From: Thermoanaerobaculia bacterium
GTDB taxonomy: Bacteria > Acidobacteriota > Thermoanaerobaculia > Gp7-AA8
DNA: 64,000 bases
Assembly: GCA_035468985.1 (NCBI GenBank)
Contig: DATISF010000038.1
Location: forward strand, 31,652 to 95,651
Direction of reading: 5' to 3'
The notes beneath the pieces are model-generated. The model did not search any database and was not told the origin of the DNA. It saw only the letters and a program-made list of their open reading frames with translations. Shown here in pieces: positions 61,397 through 64,000 of the stretch. The translations under genes were made by a program, and so were the position numbers. Position 1 is the stretch's first letter. Each line of letters starts with the position of its first letter.

Positions 61397-64000
61397 TTAG
61401 CGCGCGATTTGCACCGCCAGCCCATTGGATACGTTATTCGTCGCCACGCCATAGATCAGCGCGCTCCCTCGGTCGATCGCAATCTCAATCACTTCGCCAC
61501 CCGTCAGGGAGTACCCCAACAGATCCGTCGCGCTCACTTGTTCGAACGACCGCGCCTCGTAGAAACGAGTGATGCGGCCGAGCTCATGGCCGTCAAATCC
61601 TCGGGTCACGATACTTACGACCGCCGCCTCGTCGAACGTACGGACGCCGATGTTGAAGCGGTCCGCCTTTGCATCGACTGGGCTGAAGAGTACGGACCTC
61701 GCCCCAGCGCGGAGCACGTCGGACAACCGCATCGCCGGAATCATGGCGCCACCCGTGTCACTCCTGATCTGCACGGCGGCAATCGGCGCGTTACCACTCA
61801 AAGTGACGACATCGGCAGCACCAACCCCGCTACGACCCATGCTGCCAATCAAGTCCTCGACAAACAGGGTGCCATCGGGTGCAAGCACGTAACTGAAAGA
61901 AGGATCATTGTCCCCCGCTGGAGATCCCTGCGGATGAAAGAGGATCTTCCCTTGCGACGCCGACGGGAACGGGTTATGAAGCTGAATCGCCGTAGAGAAG
62001 CGTCCACGAGAGCTGATCAGCGAACCAACAACGGGAAGAATGGCTGTCTCTGACGTCTGCTCGACTGGCTGGGCATCCTGAAACAAGACATTGTTGCCGC
62101 TGTCGGTCGCCGCGCCGTACACGAGGGCCTCTCCCGCAACGATGCGAAGCCGCAGAACGGCATTCGGCGCGAGGTCGCCTCCCGCGAACTCGCTCGCGCC
62201 AGACTGAACAAATGTGCTCGCGTCATAAGAATGATCGATCTGACCCACCGGTCGCCCCTCGTCGACAACAGATACGGCGATTGCTGCCACTTGATCGAAC
62301 GTTCTGACGCCAATGTTGAAGCGCCACCGCGCCGGATCTGCCGGCGCGATGAGAACGACCTCGTCTCCCGAGCGGATGAGTTGATCGGGTCGAAGCACAT
62401 CCTCGACGGCAGAGGTCATGCCGCTGCAGATACGCACCATAGCCACAGGCAGCGGGTCGGCGGAGATCAGATCAAAGGAACCGATGCCGGAAGTTCCTAA
62501 TTCGACCACAACATCCTCGTAATCCTGGCCCGCGCCGGCATCGAGGGAGTATGGATGAATGCTCGGCTGCCTGTTGACGCCCTCAGGCTGAAATACCAAA
62601 ATTCCCTGCATGGGAGCCGAGGTCATGTTGTAGATGAGGAGAGCGGTCCGGAACGGCGAACCGGTTGCTCCGGTAAACGAACCCACCACTGGCACCGTGG
62701 CGCGATTTCTCTCAATGTTCACCACCACGGTTCCCGAGGCGGTCGTTCCATGCGAGTCGGAAACCGTGTAATCGAAATGGTCATTGTTCGCGAGCAGACT
62801 CGTCGAGCGATACGAACATTCACCGGTGGACGAACAATTCACAACACCATGCGCTGGTTTAGTGTGGGACAGCAGCGTAAGCGAATCGCCATCCACATCG
62901 CTGTCGTTCGACAACACATTGAACGTCGCATCGGAAAGGGCCTTCACGGACGTCAGGTCATCGGCAGCGTCTGGGCGATCGTTGACTGGATCGACCGCGA
63001 CGGTCACAGTCGCCGGGAGCTGGCACTGTGAAGCGCCAGGCCGTTGGACGTCGTACGTAAACGAATCCTGACCATTGACATTTTGTGTTGGCGTGTAGAC
63101 ACAGTCCGGACCAGAGCACTGCAAGACACCGAGTAGGGGCTTCTCGCAGATCACATACGCTGTCGGCGCCGGGAGACCCACGTAAGTGAGCGTAATCGAG
63201 AGAGGCGTGTCTTCTGGCGTGGCGAGATACTGATCGCCGGCACGCGCTCCCATAACGATGAGTTGGAACGAGCTCCAAGCAGTAACGCCGCAATCGTCAA
63301 CAGCAGAAACGGTGACGGCATAGTTGCCGGGAAGCGCAACATTGCCAACATAAACGTCGCCTGTGTCGCGATCAATCGTGAGCGCACCCGGAAAACCACG
63401 AGCGCCGACCGTGAGTTGCGCGACGGAGCCATTGTCCGTGGGCGCTGCTGACGGCTTGACGACAGCACTGCTGCCTGTGCGGACCGCCGTCGACGGATAA
63501 TGACCGAGTTGGGGCGGGGAATTGGCAGTCACGTTGACGGTGATTATTGCCGTGATCGTCACGCCGCTGCTATTGCGCACCTGCAGTTCCACCGGATTCG
63601 CACCCGTTATCGCGCTGCATCCAACCTCAATGGTCGCCGTCACCGTGCCGTTGGTGTTTGTCAGGTTGGTGATCGTCAGACTGGCAGGGACCGAGCCGAG
63701 GGTCACGGCCAGCGCGCCGGGAACATCCTGGCCATCTGACACCGTGGCCAACGTGAAGGTGGCCGGACGGCTGCCCTGCATGCGGTCGATCGTGGTGCCG
63801 ACGAAAACGTCTGGCGCCGAACGATTCAAGCAGTACCAGTACTTCCACTTCTGAGTGTTTCCTCCCGAGTAAGGATCATTCGGGTCCGAAGCGTACTCCT
63901 TGGTCACAATGTCGGGATATCCATCTCCGTCGAGATCACCGACCGCGATCACATCGCCGGGCAATTGAAGGTCTCTTAGCTGAAACGTTCCATTGCTATT
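61397..64000 (-). CDS. large extracellular FG-GAP/VCBS + cadherin-like repeat protein with two tandem C-terminal ~215-aa domains; 5' end outside the window
   Basis: The frame stays open to nt 64000 (…NSNGTFQLRDLQLPGDVIAVGDLDGDGYPDIV). Contains DPVNDRPDAADD...NVLSNDSDVDGDSLTL. The duplicated C-terminal domains each contain RFNIGVRTFD. Confidence 0.8.
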   Translation of the reverse strand, partial: NSNGTFQLRDLQLPGDVIAVGDLDGDGYPDIVTKEYASDPNDPYSGGNTQKWKYWYCLNRSAPDVFVGTTIDRMQGSRPATFTLATVSDGQDVPGALAVTLGSVPASLTITNLTNTNGTVTATIEVGCSAITGANPVELQVRNSSGVTITAIITVNVTANSPPQLGHYPSTAVRTGSSAVVKPSAAPTDNGSVAQLTVGARGFPGALTIDRDTGDVYVGNVALPGNYAVTVSAVDDCGVTAWSSFQLIVMGARAGDQYLATPEDTPLSITLTYVGLPAPTAYVICEKPLLGVLQCSGPDCVYTPTQNVNGQDSFTYDVQRPGASQCQLPATVTVAVDPVNDRPDAADDLTSVKALSDATFNVLSNDSDVDGDSLTLLSHTKPAHGVVNCSSTGECSYRSTSLLANNDHFDYTVSDSHGTTASGTVVVNIERNRATVPVVGSFTGATGSPFRTALLIYNMTSAPMQGILVFQPEGVNRQPSIHPYSLDAGAGQDYEDVVVELGTSGIGSFDLISADPLPVAMVRICSGMTSAVEDVLRPDQLIRSGDEVVLIAPADPARWRFNIGVRTFDQVAAIAVSVVDEGRPVGQIDHSYDASTFVQSGASEFAGGDLAPNAVLRLRIVAGEALVYGAATDSGNNVLFQDAQPVEQTSETAILPVVGSLISSRGRFSTAIQLHNPFPSASQGKILFHPQGSPAGDNDPSFSYVLAPDGTLFVEDLIGSMGRSGVGAADVVTLSGNAPIAAVQIRSDTGGAMIPAMRLSDVLRAGARSVLFSPVDAKADRFNIGVRTFDEAAVVSIVTRGFDGHELGRITRFYEARSFEQVSATDLLGYSLTGGEVIEIAIDRGSALIYGVATNNVSNGLAVQIAR

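Noticed and set aside
55970-61400. Genomic island or mobile element call for the lower-GC right-hand region.
   Set aside because: No integrase, transposase, tRNA gene or flanking direct repeats could be identified. It is reported only as a decay-rich region with a break point.

Overview
High-GC (about two-thirds G+C by eye), gene-dense bacterial chromosomal segment. It probably comes from an Acidobacteriota-like soil organism. That is an inference from a CarboxypepD_reg-type TonB receptor, an STK-TPR kinase and the repeat families, and is not provable from this window. Many genes are joined by 4-nt ATGA/GTGA/TTGA start-stop overlaps.

Main content:
1. A minus-strand homogentisate operon: hpd, hmgA, an unknown gene, fahA, and an esterase.
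2. A dispersed purine/urate catabolic set: xdhC, allB, an allantoicase-OHCU decarboxylase fusion, uraH, a puuD-like gene, xdhB, and xdhA about 20 kb away.
3. The most interesting locus (20868-23613): three translationally coupled genes. They encode an NTase-fold protein with a degenerate DxD motif, a polytopic membrane protein ending in (SSCG)4(GGGC)2GGCGG, and a DUF692/MNIO-type enzyme with a fused C-terminal helical domain. This is a candidate membrane-tethered Cys-modification system with no recognisable canonical partner protein.
4. Ordinary accessory genes: kinase, ECF sigma, SARP-type regulator, TonB receptor, VIT1, D-aminoacylase, formamidase, patatin, a ROK/SIS/MFS operon, CapA, NAT, S9 peptidase, serine hydrolases and PhzF.
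5. At least three repeat families: about 140-nt MITE/REP-like palindromes, GC-rich double hairpins, and heptamer-array hairpins or G4 motifs. Several copies lie in frame inside genes.
6. A lower-GC right-hand end (about 55.9-64 kb) with truncated or frameshifted genes and a large adhesin-like protein that runs off the window.

No rRNA, tRNA, CRISPR array, transposase or integrase was recognised. All family assignments come from reading motifs by eye; no searches were run.
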